Both the position numbers and the translations under genes were made by a program. DNA of 64,000 nt, from the IMG/VR virus record IMGVR_UViG_3300013126_000010, positions 32,001 through 96,000 of that record; one strand, given 5' to 3'. Origin of the DNA: a virus. The stretch's first letter is position 1, and each line of letters starts with the position of its first letter. This document shows positions 1-10,900 of this stretch, one piece after another. Under the pieces are notes generated by a model, which was not told where the DNA came from, did not search any database, and worked only from the letters and a program-made list of their open reading frames with translations.

Positions 1-1
1 T

Positions 2-121
2 GTACCAGTAAAAAGCACTATCAGTGTAACGTTACAGCCAGTTTATAGTAGGGAAGCAGTGAAGCAGTTTAGTTTACAAGCATTTGTTAATGGGCAATAT
101 ATTATGGGAGGATTTATTTAA
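2..121 (+). CDS. 3' end of a baseplate/tail-tube initiator-like protein (partial, truncated by window start)
   Basis: Open frame from base 2 reads VPVKSTISVTLQPVYSREAVKQFSLQAFVNGQYIMGGFI*. Its TAA overlaps the next ATG (TAATG). Product is inferred from position before the gp53-like gene. Confidence 0.55.
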   Translation, partial: VPVKSTISVTLQPVYSREAVKQFSLQAFVNGQYIMGGFI

Positions 122-414
122 TGTACGCGCAGACAAGTCCATGGTATACAACACCAATAAACAATCAATATTTGGATGTTCTTAATATTAGACCAGTGAG
201 TAAGCAATCAGATGATTCATTGTTTGAGATCCAGTCAGTATATACATATAGACCAGATTTGTTGGCATATGATTTGTACGGAACAACCAAATTATGGTGG
301 GTTTTCATGCAGAGAAATATGGATGTAATAAAAGATCCAATTTATGATTTTGTGGCTGGAACAAAAATTTATTTACCACAGAAAGAAGGGTTATTTAAAG
401 TATTAGGATTATAA
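121..414 (+). CDS. baseplate wedge protein, T4 gp53-like (LysM-like fold)
   Basis: Motif YRPDLLAYDLYGTTKLWWVF...N is typical of gp53/LysM-like baseplate proteins; lies at the head of the baseplate operon. Confidence 0.75.
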   Translation: MYAQTSPWYTTPINNQYLDVLNIRPVSKQSDDSLFEIQSVYTYRPDLLAYDLYGTTKLWWVFMQRNMDVIKDPIYDFVAGTKIYLPQKEGLFKVLGL

Positions 415-2531
415 TGAGTATTTTTTCAGACATTCAAGACGCTATATCTAAATTAGAAGTACCTGCTAAACCTCCATTTAGTAATGTACTACATAGTTAT
501 GCAACCTATAATTATATATTCACGATGAGTATTTTAGATAAAACTAGAATTGGAGTACCAGCGAGAACGTATAAAAAAGGTGATATTGGGCAAATAATAT
601 TCAAAAGTGCAAGTGGTGATCCTAAAAATAGAGTACCAATAGGAAAATATGGCTCATTTGACTTTTTTATCGATGATGTAAATATTACCAGCCAAATGGG
701 ATTAGATTTAGTATCTGGGAATACTAACTCATCTATAATAACATTTAAAATAACAGAACCATACAGTATGGGGATGTTTCTTCATGCACTTGAAGTTGGG
801 GCAAAACAAATGGGTTATGAAAATTACGCATCAGCTCCGATCTTATTAACTATTGAATTTATTGGAAATTTAAATCCAAGTGAATATGGGGTAAGTAGTG
901 AACAGTTAACAAAAATAGAAAAAACCACTAGACATATCCCTATAAAAATAATGAAAGCAGAAATGTCAGTGACACATGCAGGTAGTATATATGATGTTAC
1001 TGCATGTGCATGGAATGATGCAGCACAATCTACCACCTACATGACTGCTCAATCAGACTTGTCAATTACTGGTTCAACAGTACAAGAATTATTACAATCA
1101 GGTGAGAATAGTTTAGAAGCAGTGTTAAATAAAAGATGGATGGATGAAGCAGTCAAAGCAAAAAAAGATCCAGACCAATTATTGATATTGTTTCCAAAAG
1201 ACCCTAAAACCGATAGTGGAGTAACAAGTGTATTTAAATCATTTAGTGCAACAATAGATCCTAATTCAATGAATAATATTGTGACGTTAAGAGATGTATT
1301 AAATGTCAAACCGGTGACATTGGCAGACGTTGAAGTATTAGTACAAGACACCAATAATGTTAATGCATTCGGAACAGCATCAATGAATTTTAACGTGTAT
1401 GACGGGGTTTCAACCCCATTTGCTGAAAATAGTGTAGTGTATGATGATAAAACTAAAACATATACTCGCGGAAATTTAACTATCAAAGCCAATAAAGGGA
1501 ACACGGTTGGTGATATGAAATTCTCACAAGGTGCTGATATAAGGGCAATTATTAATGAAGTTATCTTAATGAGTGATTATGGTCAAAAAGTTTTAAAAAA
1601 AGAAGAAGTTGAAAAACAAAAAGGAAAGATAAGTTGGTGGAGATTGGATTTTCAGTCATATCCAATTGACTCGGATAAAAACAAATATGCTACTGGTGAT
1701 GCACCTAAACTTGTGGTTGTTAGAGTTGTCCCATACACGGTAAGTTCGGCAGTATTTCTTCCATCTAACAAAGCAGATCCATATATAAAAGATAGACTAA
1801 AAGAAGCAATAAAATCATATGATTACATATATACTGGCAAAAATTATGATATTATATCATTTGATATAAATTTTAAATATGCTGTGTATCAAGGGCTGTT
1901 TGATGTAAAAAATACTGGTGACCAAAAATTAAAAGAACAACAGGCACCATTAGCAGAACCTGAAAAACCAAAATCACAAGAAAGTGGATATCTATCATCG
2001 TTGCTCTATAATATTGAGGAATTGGTTGATGATGTGAATCCATTTAAAAAACGGGTAAAGACTGATGTTACCTCAACAAGTTCATCATTAAAAGGTGGTT
2101 CTTTGGCAGACACTGAAGCAACAAAAATTGCAAAGCATGCACATGATTTAATATTATCAGGGGTGCATTTAATGACTGCTACTGTAAAAATAATAGGTGA
2201 TCCATATTTTTTAGGTGATAGTGGTCTTGGTAATTATACTGCACCTGAAACACAATATAGTAATTTAAATGCAGACGGATGCATAAATTATCAAAATGGT
2301 GAGGTTGATATTGCACTAAATTTTAAGACACCGATTGACATAGATCCTGCTATTGGAACTTATGAATTTGGTGGTCTGGAATTAGTCAGTTCATTCAGTG
2401 GATTATACCGAGTATTAAAGTGTGAGAATAATTTTTCTAAAGGTAAGTTTACTCAAGAATTAACATTATCTAGATGCATTGGGCAAGATCCAGTAACGGG
2501 TCAGCTGGCGGGATTAAAACCAACTAATTGA
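414..2531 (+). CDS. baseplate hub protein (gp27/gpD-like)
   Basis: 705 aa. C-terminal ATVKIIGDPYFL...FSGLYRVLKCENNFSKGKFTQELTLSR is typical of hub proteins; directly precedes the gp5-like gene. Confidence 0.65.
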   Translation: MSIFSDIQDAISKLEVPAKPPFSNVLHSYATYNYIFTMSILDKTRIGVPARTYKKGDIGQIIFKSASGDPKNRVPIGKYGSFDFFIDDVNITSQMGLDLVSGNTNSSIITFKITEPYSMGMFLHALEVGAKQMGYENYASAPILLTIEFIGNLNPSEYGVSSEQLTKIEKTTRHIPIKIMKAEMSVTHAGSIYDVTACAWNDAAQSTTYMTAQSDLSITGSTVQELLQSGENSLEAVLNKRWMDEAVKAKKDPDQLLILFPKDPKTDSGVTSVFKSFSATIDPNSMNNIVTLRDVLNVKPVTLADVEVLVQDTNNVNAFGTASMNFNVYDGVSTPFAENSVVYDDKTKTYTRGNLTIKANKGNTVGDMKFSQGADIRAIINEVILMSDYGQKVLKKEEVEKQKGKISWWRLDFQSYPIDSDKNKYATGDAPKLVVVRVVPYTVSSAVFLPSNKADPYIKDRLKEAIKSYDYIYTGKNYDIISFDINFKYAVYQGLFDVKNTGDQKLKEQQAPLAEPEKPKSQESGYLSSLLYNIEELVDDVNPFKKRVKTDVTSTSSSLKGGSLADTEATKIAKHAHDLILSGVHLMTATVKIIGDPYFLGDSGLGNYTAPETQYSNLNADGCINYQNGEVDIALNFKTPIDIDPAIGTYEFGGLELVSSFSGLYRVLKCENNFSKGKFTQELTLSRCIGQDPVTGQLAGLKPTN

Positions 2532-2539
2532 GAGTTATA

Positions 2540-3940
2540 ATGGCAGAAGAAACAAAAAAACCCATATTTTCTACAACAAATAATGCAGGACCATTTATTG
2601 CTAAAGTAATAAGCCACTTAGATCCAACCAGTATGGGTGGATTGGAGGTCGAGATCATGCGAGAAGTTGGAAATGACACATCAACAGCTGGGCAGGTTCA
2701 TCAAGTTAGATATATGAGTCCATTTTATGGAGTAACCAGTATAGACTTTGTTGGCTCAGATCCAAATGATTATAACAACACCCAAAAAAGTTATGGGATG
2801 TGGTTTATTCCGCCTGATGTTGGTACAATGGTGATGATCATATTCATTGAAGGCGACCCTAGAAAAGGTTATTGGATAGGGTGTATCCCAGACGAACGAA
2901 TGAATTTCATGATACCTGGGATAGCGGCTACGAAATTTGCTCAAGGTGGTGACGGTAAAAGCCGAGTACCAACAGCTGAATATAACAAGAAAACACAAAA
3001 AAGCACTAATGATGCAAACCACTATCAAAAACCCCCGCATCCATTTAAATCAGTACTAGAATCACAGGGATTATTAAATGATGATATTAGAGGAATAACG
3101 ACGAGTTCTGCAAGGCGTGAAGTGCCATCAGCGGTATTTGGTATATCTACTCCTGGACCACTTGATAAAGCAAAAAATGCAAAAAAAGGTAATGTCGGGA
3201 AGAGAGGATCAACTGCGAACGTATTTGTAAGCAGACTTGGTGGGTCATCTTTTGTAATGGATGATGGTGATGATAAATTTTTAAGAAAAGGTCCAGCATC
3301 AACTACCGGACCAGATTATGCTGCAGTGGAACAAGGTGAAGCTGGTGGTGATGTTGGTATACCACATAATGAATTATTAAGATTAAGAACGAGAACAGGC
3401 CACCAGATATTATTGCATAATTCAGAAGATTTAATATATATTGGTAATGCAAGAGGGACTACTTGGATTGAATTAACTAGTAATGGTAAAATTGACATTT
3501 ATGCAAATGATAGTATTAGTATTCATACAGAAAATGATTTAAATGTTACAGCAGACAGAGATATTAATTTCAAAGCTGGTAATGCAATCAATCTAAAATC
3601 TAATAGTGTTAATATTGACGGTAGTTCAAATATAAATTTAAAGTCTAATGCAATTAAATCATCATTAATCACTGGTGAAATAACCAATGCATATCAAGCA
3701 AAAACAGCAGTTAATAATGGAGGGTATTCAACTCCGTCTGGACCATCAAGTGCAAAAACTCCACAAAGAGTTCCACAACACGAGCCATGGAGTGGGCATG
3801 AAAATTTAGATCCTGTAAATTGTACACCAACAAAAACGGATTCATCAAATGCTGGAACTGACAGCACTCCATCTATGTATAATAAATATACAACAAAGGT
3901 TGATACTTTTGAAAAAATATCACCACCTGAAAAGAAGTAA
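2540..3940 (+). CDS. baseplate central spike, gp5/VgrG-like (OB fold plus beta-helix)
   Basis: N-terminal OB-fold signature (YGMWFIPPDVGTMVMIIFIEGDPRKGYWIGC) and beta-helix repeats (LRTRTGHQILLHNSEDLIYIGNARGTTWIELTSNGKIDIY). ATG at 2540 preferred over the TTG at 2528. Confidence 0.8.
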   Translation: MAEETKKPIFSTTNNAGPFIAKVISHLDPTSMGGLEVEIMREVGNDTSTAGQVHQVRYMSPFYGVTSIDFVGSDPNDYNNTQKSYGMWFIPPDVGTMVMIIFIEGDPRKGYWIGCIPDERMNFMIPGIAATKFAQGGDGKSRVPTAEYNKKTQKSTNDANHYQKPPHPFKSVLESQGLLNDDIRGITTSSARREVPSAVFGISTPGPLDKAKNAKKGNVGKRGSTANVFVSRLGGSSFVMDDGDDKFLRKGPASTTGPDYAAVEQGEAGGDVGIPHNELLRLRTRTGHQILLHNSEDLIYIGNARGTTWIELTSNGKIDIYANDSISIHTENDLNVTADRDINFKAGNAINLKSNSVNIDGSSNINLKSNAIKSSLITGEITNAYQAKTAVNNGGYSTPSGPSSAKTPQRVPQHEPWSGHENLDPVNCTPTKTDSSNAGTDSTPSMYNKYTTKVDTFEKISPPEKK

Positions 3941-3952
3941 TAAGGAAATTAT

Positions 3953-4399
3953 ATGACATCAAATCCAAAATTATATGATAAAGTTGTTTTGCGTGAAAAA
4001 AAATCAACCACTGAATTACCAGGAACAAAAACGTATAAAGGATTTAGTACAATAACTCCATCTACAAACAATTTTTCAGTATATGATTATGCATTAATAA
4101 AACAAGATTTGATAAATCATTTTCATATTAGACAAGGTGAAAGATTAGAAAATCCAACGTTTGGTACTATAATTTGGGATGTATTATTTGAACCATTGAC
4201 TGATCAATTAATATCATTGATTACACAGGATGTACAAAATATTATAAATTATGATCCACGGTTGGTAGCTGAACAGGTGATAGTAACTACATATGATCAA
4301 GGATTGCAAATTGATTGTAGTTTAAGATATCTCCCGTATAATATAACAGAATCCTTACAATTAAAATTTGACAGAGAGAGTGGAATATTCTCTCAATGA
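3953..4399 (+). CDS. gp25: baseplate wedge subunit gp25-like
   Basis: IKQDLINHFHIRQGERLENPTFGTIIWDVLFEP...YDPR is the gp25/GPW family signature. Confidence 0.9.
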   Translation: MTSNPKLYDKVVLREKKSTTELPGTKTYKGFSTITPSTNNFSVYDYALIKQDLINHFHIRQGERLENPTFGTIIWDVLFEPLTDQLISLITQDVQNIINYDPRLVAEQVIVTTYDQGLQIDCSLRYLPYNITESLQLKFDRESGIFSQ

Positions 4400-4414
4400 T
4401 ACTTCAAAAATAGT

Positions 4415-4459
4415 CTATTTTTTCCTGCATAAATACAGTATTATATGCGGGAAAAATAG
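4415..4459 (+). promoter_or_regulatory. RBS-sequestering hairpin with late promoter-like ATAAATA (4429-4435)
   Basis: CTATTTTTTCCTGCATA (4415-4431) pairs with TATGCGGGAAAAATAG (4444-4459), with one G-U pair and one bulge. The stem ends immediately before the ATG at 4460. Confidence 0.65.
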
Positions 4460-7400
4460 ATGTCAGCAACCGATAGACAAAACAGATTATTAGTCGCAGA
4501 AGACTGGAAACGAATCTACCAAAGTTACAAAAACGCAGATTTTCAAAGTTATGATTTTGATAATCTTCGCAGGATAATGATCACTTATATCCGCGAAAAT
4601 TATCCAGAAGATTTTAATGACTATATTGAATCATCTGAATATTTGGCATTGATCGACTTAATTGCGTTTCTAGGACAAAGTATATCATTTAGAACTGATC
4701 TGAATGCACGTGAAAACTTCTTGGAATTGGCTGACAGACGAGAGAGTGTCTTGCGTCTTGCCAAACTATTGAGTTATAACCCAAAAAGAAACGTTGCAGC
4801 AACTGGGTTGCTAAAGTTCGTTTCAGTCCAAACTTCTCAAAATGTATACGATGCCAATGGTAGAAATATTGCAGGTCACACGATCCTATGGAATGACACC
4901 TCCAATCAAAACTGGTTTGATCAATTCATTAGAGTAATAAATGCCTCGTTAAGTTTAAGTAGCCAATTTGGTAATCCAGCAGGTAGTGCCACGATTTATG
5001 GTATACCAACTGAACAATATCGTTTTCAAACAAAAAGCACAGATGTACCAGTCTATTCATTCAGTAGAACTATTGAAGGGAAAAGTATGAATTTTGAAGT
5101 AGTATCAACTGGTATAAGAAATGCAGCTGATATTTACGAAGAACCACCATTGAAAGGTAACAAATTAGCATTTTTGTATAGAAATGACGGCAAAGGTTAC
5201 GGTTCCAATAATACTGGTTTTTTTGTACAATTTAAACAAGGGTCATTGGGTAGCGGGTCATTTACGTTAACACAACCATCAACAAATGAGTCTGTTGATA
5301 TTGATACTCCTAACATTAATAATAATGACGTGTGGTTGTATCAATTAGATCACGATGGAAATGAATCTACATTATGGACTGAAATTCCCGCATTGGAAGG
5401 TAATAATGTAATTTACAACAGTTTAAGTAAAGCTATTAAAAAAATATTTGCAGTATCTACTAGAACTAATGACAGAGTTAGTTTATTATTTTCAGATGGC
5501 ACATTTGGTGATCTACCAACAGGTGCATTTAGAACTTATTATAGATCAAGTAATGGATTAAATTATACTATTAATACCAAGGATATGAGAAATGTGATAT
5601 TAACATTACCTTATATTTCAAATACTAATCAATTAGAAACTATTACTATTAACATGAATTTGGTTACATCTGTTGCTAATTCAGTTGAATCAGAAACTAA
5701 TGATAGTATAAAAGTTAATGCACCGGCAACCTACTATACACAAAATAGAATGATTACTGGTGAAGATTATAATATTTCGCCATTATCTGCCACTCAAGAT
5801 GTATTAAAAATAAAATCTATTAATAGATCATCAAGTGGTATAAGTAGATATTTTGATTTGGTAGATCCTACTGGAAAATACAGTAAAACTAATTTGTTTT
5901 CAGATGATGGTGCCATTTATATTGAAAATTATACTGATAGTTTTCGATTCTCATACATGACCAAAACTGAAATAGAATATGTAATTAATAATAAAGTACT
6001 TGGTGCATTAAAATCAATAGAGTTAAGAGATTTCTATTATAATAATTTTAAAAAATATTTGACTACAACTGATATATCATGGGTGACAAGCACATTTGAT
6101 ACTAATTCATACACTGGATTATTGTATTACAACAGTGCCCCTGTTGCAGTTGGTAGCGGAGCACAATCCGGGTCATTATTGAGATTTATTACACCAGGGG
6201 CACTTTTAAAATTCAAATATTGGGATAGTGTGTATAATGGATATCGTTATAAATGGACAACAGTTTCATATGTAAGTGGTAATGGTACTACCGTTGAAAA
6301 CGGTATTGGACCAATGTATATAACAGATGATGTTCCTGCTGGAGCTGTATTAATTCAAATCATTCCAGCATTATCTACATCATTATCAACTAATTTAGTA
6401 TCTTCGTTAGTTGATTTAATATATGAAAATAAACCATTTGGTCTTAGGTATGATATTGAAACCACCTCATGGAAAATAATTTATGATGTTGATTTGAATA
6501 AATCTGGTGATTTTAGTTTATTAGAGACAGGAAACACTAGTAGACGACACAAAGATAGCAGCTGGTTGTTATTATTTACTACCGACACCGAATACTATAC
6601 TGTAAAACAGCGATTGCTTCGATACGTATTTGAAAGTGAGAATCAAGTAAGATTCTATTTTAATAAAGGCAGTAAAATATACGATAGTAGAAGTAATATT
6701 GTTGTAAAAGATCAGATTAAAATTTTAGGAATTAATATCCAAAACCAAGGAGAGGAACCAAATGATAGAATATGGGAAATAAGTAATCAATTTTATGGTG
6801 CTGATGGATATGTAGATAATAAGAAAATACAATTAAGTTTTTCTGACACTGACGATGATGGTATAGTTGATAATCCTTCTATATTTGATGAGTATGTTAC
6901 TAATAACGAATACATAGTTCAAAAAGGTTATGATACTGACATTGGCTATGAATATAAACTTTCAACTGATGTATACAGATATACTAAACTTGGTGGTGTA
7001 TTAGTTGGTGGCATTACTGAAGATGGTTTTGCAGTAGTACATGACGTTATTATAGTTGACAATGATACCGTTGATTTAACAGAATATTTTATAGGCACCG
7101 ATGATACTCATGCAGTTGAGTTATATTTTTATATAGTGAGTAGTAAAGTTGTAAAAAAATTAGTTTGGGATACTAGTACTACTAAAAAGTTGATTCTGTC
7201 AACCGAACGTAAAGTTTATAATGGAAAAGAAAAGGTAAAATTTCAATATATCCATAATGCAACAAATGATGCTAGGATTGATCCAGGTTTGACAAATATA
7301 ATGGATGTATATGTTTTAACAAAGCAATACGATACTGCGTATAGACAATGGGTTGCCGGGGCAATATTAGATAAACCATTGCCGCCAAGTTCTGATTCAT

Positions 7401-7909
7401 TATATGCATTGATGTCTACTAAATTGAATAAAATAAAATCAATTAGTGATGAAATTGTTTATCATCCAGTCAAATTCAAAATATTATTTGGACAAAAATC
7501 TAATCCAGATGTTCGTGCAACATTTAAAGTTGTCAAAAATTCAGAAATAGTAATTAGTGATAATGATGTAAAATCACAAGTTTTGACTGCTATAAATACA
7601 TTTTTTAATTTAGAGAATTGGGATTTTGGTGATAAATTTCATTTTAGTGAATTACAAACATATGTAATGAATCAAGTATCACCATATGTAGTGAACTTTA
7701 TTATAGTACCAACAATGACAGAATTAACATTTGGTAGTTTGTATGAAATAAATGCAGAAAAAGATGAAATATTTATCAATGGTGCGACAATAGATGATAT
7801 TGAAATAATTAATTCAATAACTGCATCAAAAATAAAAAGTGCAGGACAAATAGCACTTGAAACTACAGGTGTTACAAATATAACAATAACAAGCTCAAGG
7901 AATAACTAA
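4460..7909 (+). CDS. gp6: baseplate wedge subunit gp6-like
   Basis: N-terminus DFQSYDFDNLRRIMITYIRENYPEDFNDYIESSE...LIDLIAF...ENFLELADRRESV; also APATYYTQNRMITGEDY. Confidence 0.9.
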   Translation: MSATDRQNRLLVAEDWKRIYQSYKNADFQSYDFDNLRRIMITYIRENYPEDFNDYIESSEYLALIDLIAFLGQSISFRTDLNARENFLELADRRESVLRLAKLLSYNPKRNVAATGLLKFVSVQTSQNVYDANGRNIAGHTILWNDTSNQNWFDQFIRVINASLSLSSQFGNPAGSATIYGIPTEQYRFQTKSTDVPVYSFSRTIEGKSMNFEVVSTGIRNAADIYEEPPLKGNKLAFLYRNDGKGYGSNNTGFFVQFKQGSLGSGSFTLTQPSTNESVDIDTPNINNNDVWLYQLDHDGNESTLWTEIPALEGNNVIYNSLSKAIKKIFAVSTRTNDRVSLLFSDGTFGDLPTGAFRTYYRSSNGLNYTINTKDMRNVILTLPYISNTNQLETITINMNLVTSVANSVESETNDSIKVNAPATYYTQNRMITGEDYNISPLSATQDVLKIKSINRSSSGISRYFDLVDPTGKYSKTNLFSDDGAIYIENYTDSFRFSYMTKTEIEYVINNKVLGALKSIELRDFYYNNFKKYLTTTDISWVTSTFDTNSYTGLLYYNSAPVAVGSGAQSGSLLRFITPGALLKFKYWDSVYNGYRYKWTTVSYVSGNGTTVENGIGPMYITDDVPAGAVLIQIIPALSTSLSTNLVSSLVDLIYENKPFGLRYDIETTSWKIIYDVDLNKSGDFSLLETGNTSRRHKDSSWLLLFTTDTEYYTVKQRLLRYVFESENQVRFYFNKGSKIYDSRSNIVVKDQIKILGINIQNQGEEPNDRIWEISNQFYGADGYVDNKKIQLSFSDTDDDGIVDNPSIFDEYVTNNEYIVQKGYDTDIGYEYKLSTDVYRYTKLGGVLVGGITEDGFAVVHDVIIVDNDTVDLTEYFIGTDDTHAVELYFYIVSSKVVKKLVWDTSTTKKLILSTERKVYNGKEKVKFQYIHNATNDARIDPGLTNIMDVYVLTKQYDTAYRQWVAGAILDKPLPPSSDSLYALMSTKLNKIKSISDEIVYHPVKFKILFGQKSNPDVRATFKVVKNSEIVISDNDVKSQVLTAINTFFNLENWDFGDKFHFSELQTYVMNQVSPYVVNFIIVPTMTELTFGSLYEINAEKDEIFINGATIDDIEIINSITASKIKSAGQIALETTGVTNITITSSRNN

Positions 7910-10900
7910 TGTCATATAATGATCAAAATGAACAAGGATTGCCAGCGGGTTCTTCACAAAAACGCCGCACTGCTTCTCTATTACCACAAGTATATAGAAC
8001 AGATAGTAATAGGAAATTTTTGCAATCTACGTTGGATCAATTAACACAACCGGGAACAGTTAAAAAAATCAATGGTTACATTGGAAGACAATATTCAAAA
8101 TCCACCACTAGTTCTGATATATTCTTAACAACTACAGATGCTGAACGTAGTTCATATCAATTGGAACCCGCAGCTGTAATCAAAGATGAGCTTGGAAATG
8201 TTAAATTCTACAAAGATTATATAGATCATATTAACCATATAGAACTGTTTAATGGTAATACTAAAAATCATGCACGTATTAATGATGAACAAGTCTACTC
8301 ATGGAATCCACATATAGATTTTGATAAATTTACTAATTATCAAAATTATTACTGGATGCCGTATGGACCAAAGCCTATAAATGTATATGGTGCATTAGGT
8401 GATATTGAAACAACAATGCCAGTATCGATAGTCGATGATGGTGATAATTTTTCATATGTATTTGACAAAGAAATCCAGACACGTAACCCAGAATTGGTAT
8501 TATACAGAGGTCAGACTTATATATTTGACATCATTAGTAAAAACAATCCATTTTATATTAAAACATCAAGATTGACGGGTATAGATGATATCTATGCCGG
8601 TAATATTTTGAATAATGGAATAGAATCAGGTAAATTGACAATTACCATTGACAGAAATACACCAAATATATTGTATTATGTTAGTAAAAATGATGAAAAT
8701 TTGAGCGGTGTTATCCGAATACTAGATTTAGATGAGAATAGTTCGTTAAATGTTGAAACTGATATTTTATATAAATCATCATATAAAATGCAAAATGGAT
8801 ATTATTTGTCCAATGGGATGAAATTAAAATTCCATGGAAACATCACCCCAACAAAATATTCTACTGGATATTGGTATGTGGAAGGTGTTGGTTCAAATAT
8901 ACAATTAATATCAGAAAATGATATTGCTCTTCCTAGCACAATCAGAAACTCTAAATTTGATTATGATCCGTTTGATTCTACTGCATTTGATATGCAGAAA
9001 TCTTTTCCACATGGTAAGGATTATATTGTTATCAACAGAGCATCCATGGATAGGAACGCATGGTCTAGATCGAATAGATGGTTTCACCAAGATGTTATTA
9101 TACAATCTGCTGAATTAAATAATGTATCTCCAGATTTAGATCAGTCATTTAGAGCTATTAGACCTATTATTGAATTCGAACCAAATATAAAGCTTGTTAA
9201 TTTTGGGCATAAGTGTAAATCAGATATTGATTTAATTGATTTTGAAACAAAAGATGTATTTTCTACGATAGAAGGTTCGTTAACACATTACGTAGATGGT
9301 GTGAAACTAGCAAATGGTATGAGAGTTATATTTGCAGCTGATACTGATAGCATGGTTAATGGAAAAATATACAAAGTAGAATATGTAACTATTAATGTTC
9401 CTGGTAGAACAGTAGGTTTTTCTATAGCAGGCGTAAATATTGGTGATAATACTATTTCATTTACTGAATCACATGGGTTCCAAGATGGTATCCAAATAAC
9501 ATATGTGAATAATGGCTTTCCAGATTTGGGAGGATTAATTAATAGAAACATTTATTTTGTTAAAGTAATATCAGAAAAAGTAATTAAGCTATTTAAAGAT
9601 GTTGGGTTACAGATTCCAGTATATATTTCATCGTTGGGCACAAATAGTTCATTAGTCCAACAAAGTTTTGAAATCTACTTAGGAAGACGTAGACAAATAA
9701 TGTTAATTGAGGAAGAAGATACAAACCCACTAACAAATGAGATTGTATTAGTAAAGAATGGTAAATCTAATATTGGTAAAATATTTTGGTATAATGGTAC
9801 CAATTGGACTCAAGGACAAGAAAAAAATAGTACAAATCAATCTCCGCTATTCGACGTATTTGATTCAAATAAACAAAGTTATATGGATGCAACAGTATAT
9901 CCATCATCTACATTTATTGGTACAAAACTATTTTCTTATAAAAGTGGAACAGGTCTCATTGATACAGAATTAGGGTTTCCATTAACATATAGAAGCATTA
10001 ATAACATTGGTGATATTTCATTTGATTTTAATTTATTGAGTGATTCATTTAATTACACTACTGGTAGTAAATTGATATCTCATAATATTTCAGATGGGTA
10101 CTTACAACGAATAAAAACTCTTGAAGACGTGGACTATATTAATGGATGGGATTTATGTTCGGTATCTGATATACAAGGTATTATTAGAATATACAAAAAC
10201 ACCACTATAACCAGCGATTTTTTAATTGATGTTTTTGACACTATACCTGCAGATAATGATTTAAGGGTGAAAGTTTACAAAAATGGAGTTAAGTTATCAA
10301 ATTCTGAATATTCTGTTGAAAGTAAAAATTATAAAAAATATGTTGTATTATCTACTCCTGCATTAGCGTCTGATATTATAACATTGAAATTGTATTCTAC
10401 ACGATATAAGAATGAAAATGGTTTTTATGAAATACCAATTAGTTTACAAAATAATCCATTGAATAATGACATTACTCAGTTTACTTTGGGACAAGTTGTT
10501 GATCATGTTAATGGTATAACAGAAAATATACCTGGGTTTGATGGGATTTTTCCAGGTTCTAGTAACTTGCGTGATCTAGCCGCTGTTCATCAATATGGTA
10601 CTAGATTTGTTCAGCATTTATGCCCAATGAATTTTAGTTTGTACCACCTTGGGTCAAAATCAGCTAATTTGGTAGAGGCTATTGTTGCTGCGGGGGATGA
10701 TTATGGAAAATTCAAACGTGCATTCTTGACAGTTGCAAATCAATTAGGAATACATACCGAACCTAAAGAACATGTTGATGCCATATTAGCAGAAATTACG
10801 AAAAATAAAGCTACATCATCGTCTTATTATTTGTCAGATATGATTGCATATACTGGCACTGTTAAAAATGAGTACATAGTGCTAGATGCTAGGACTACTG

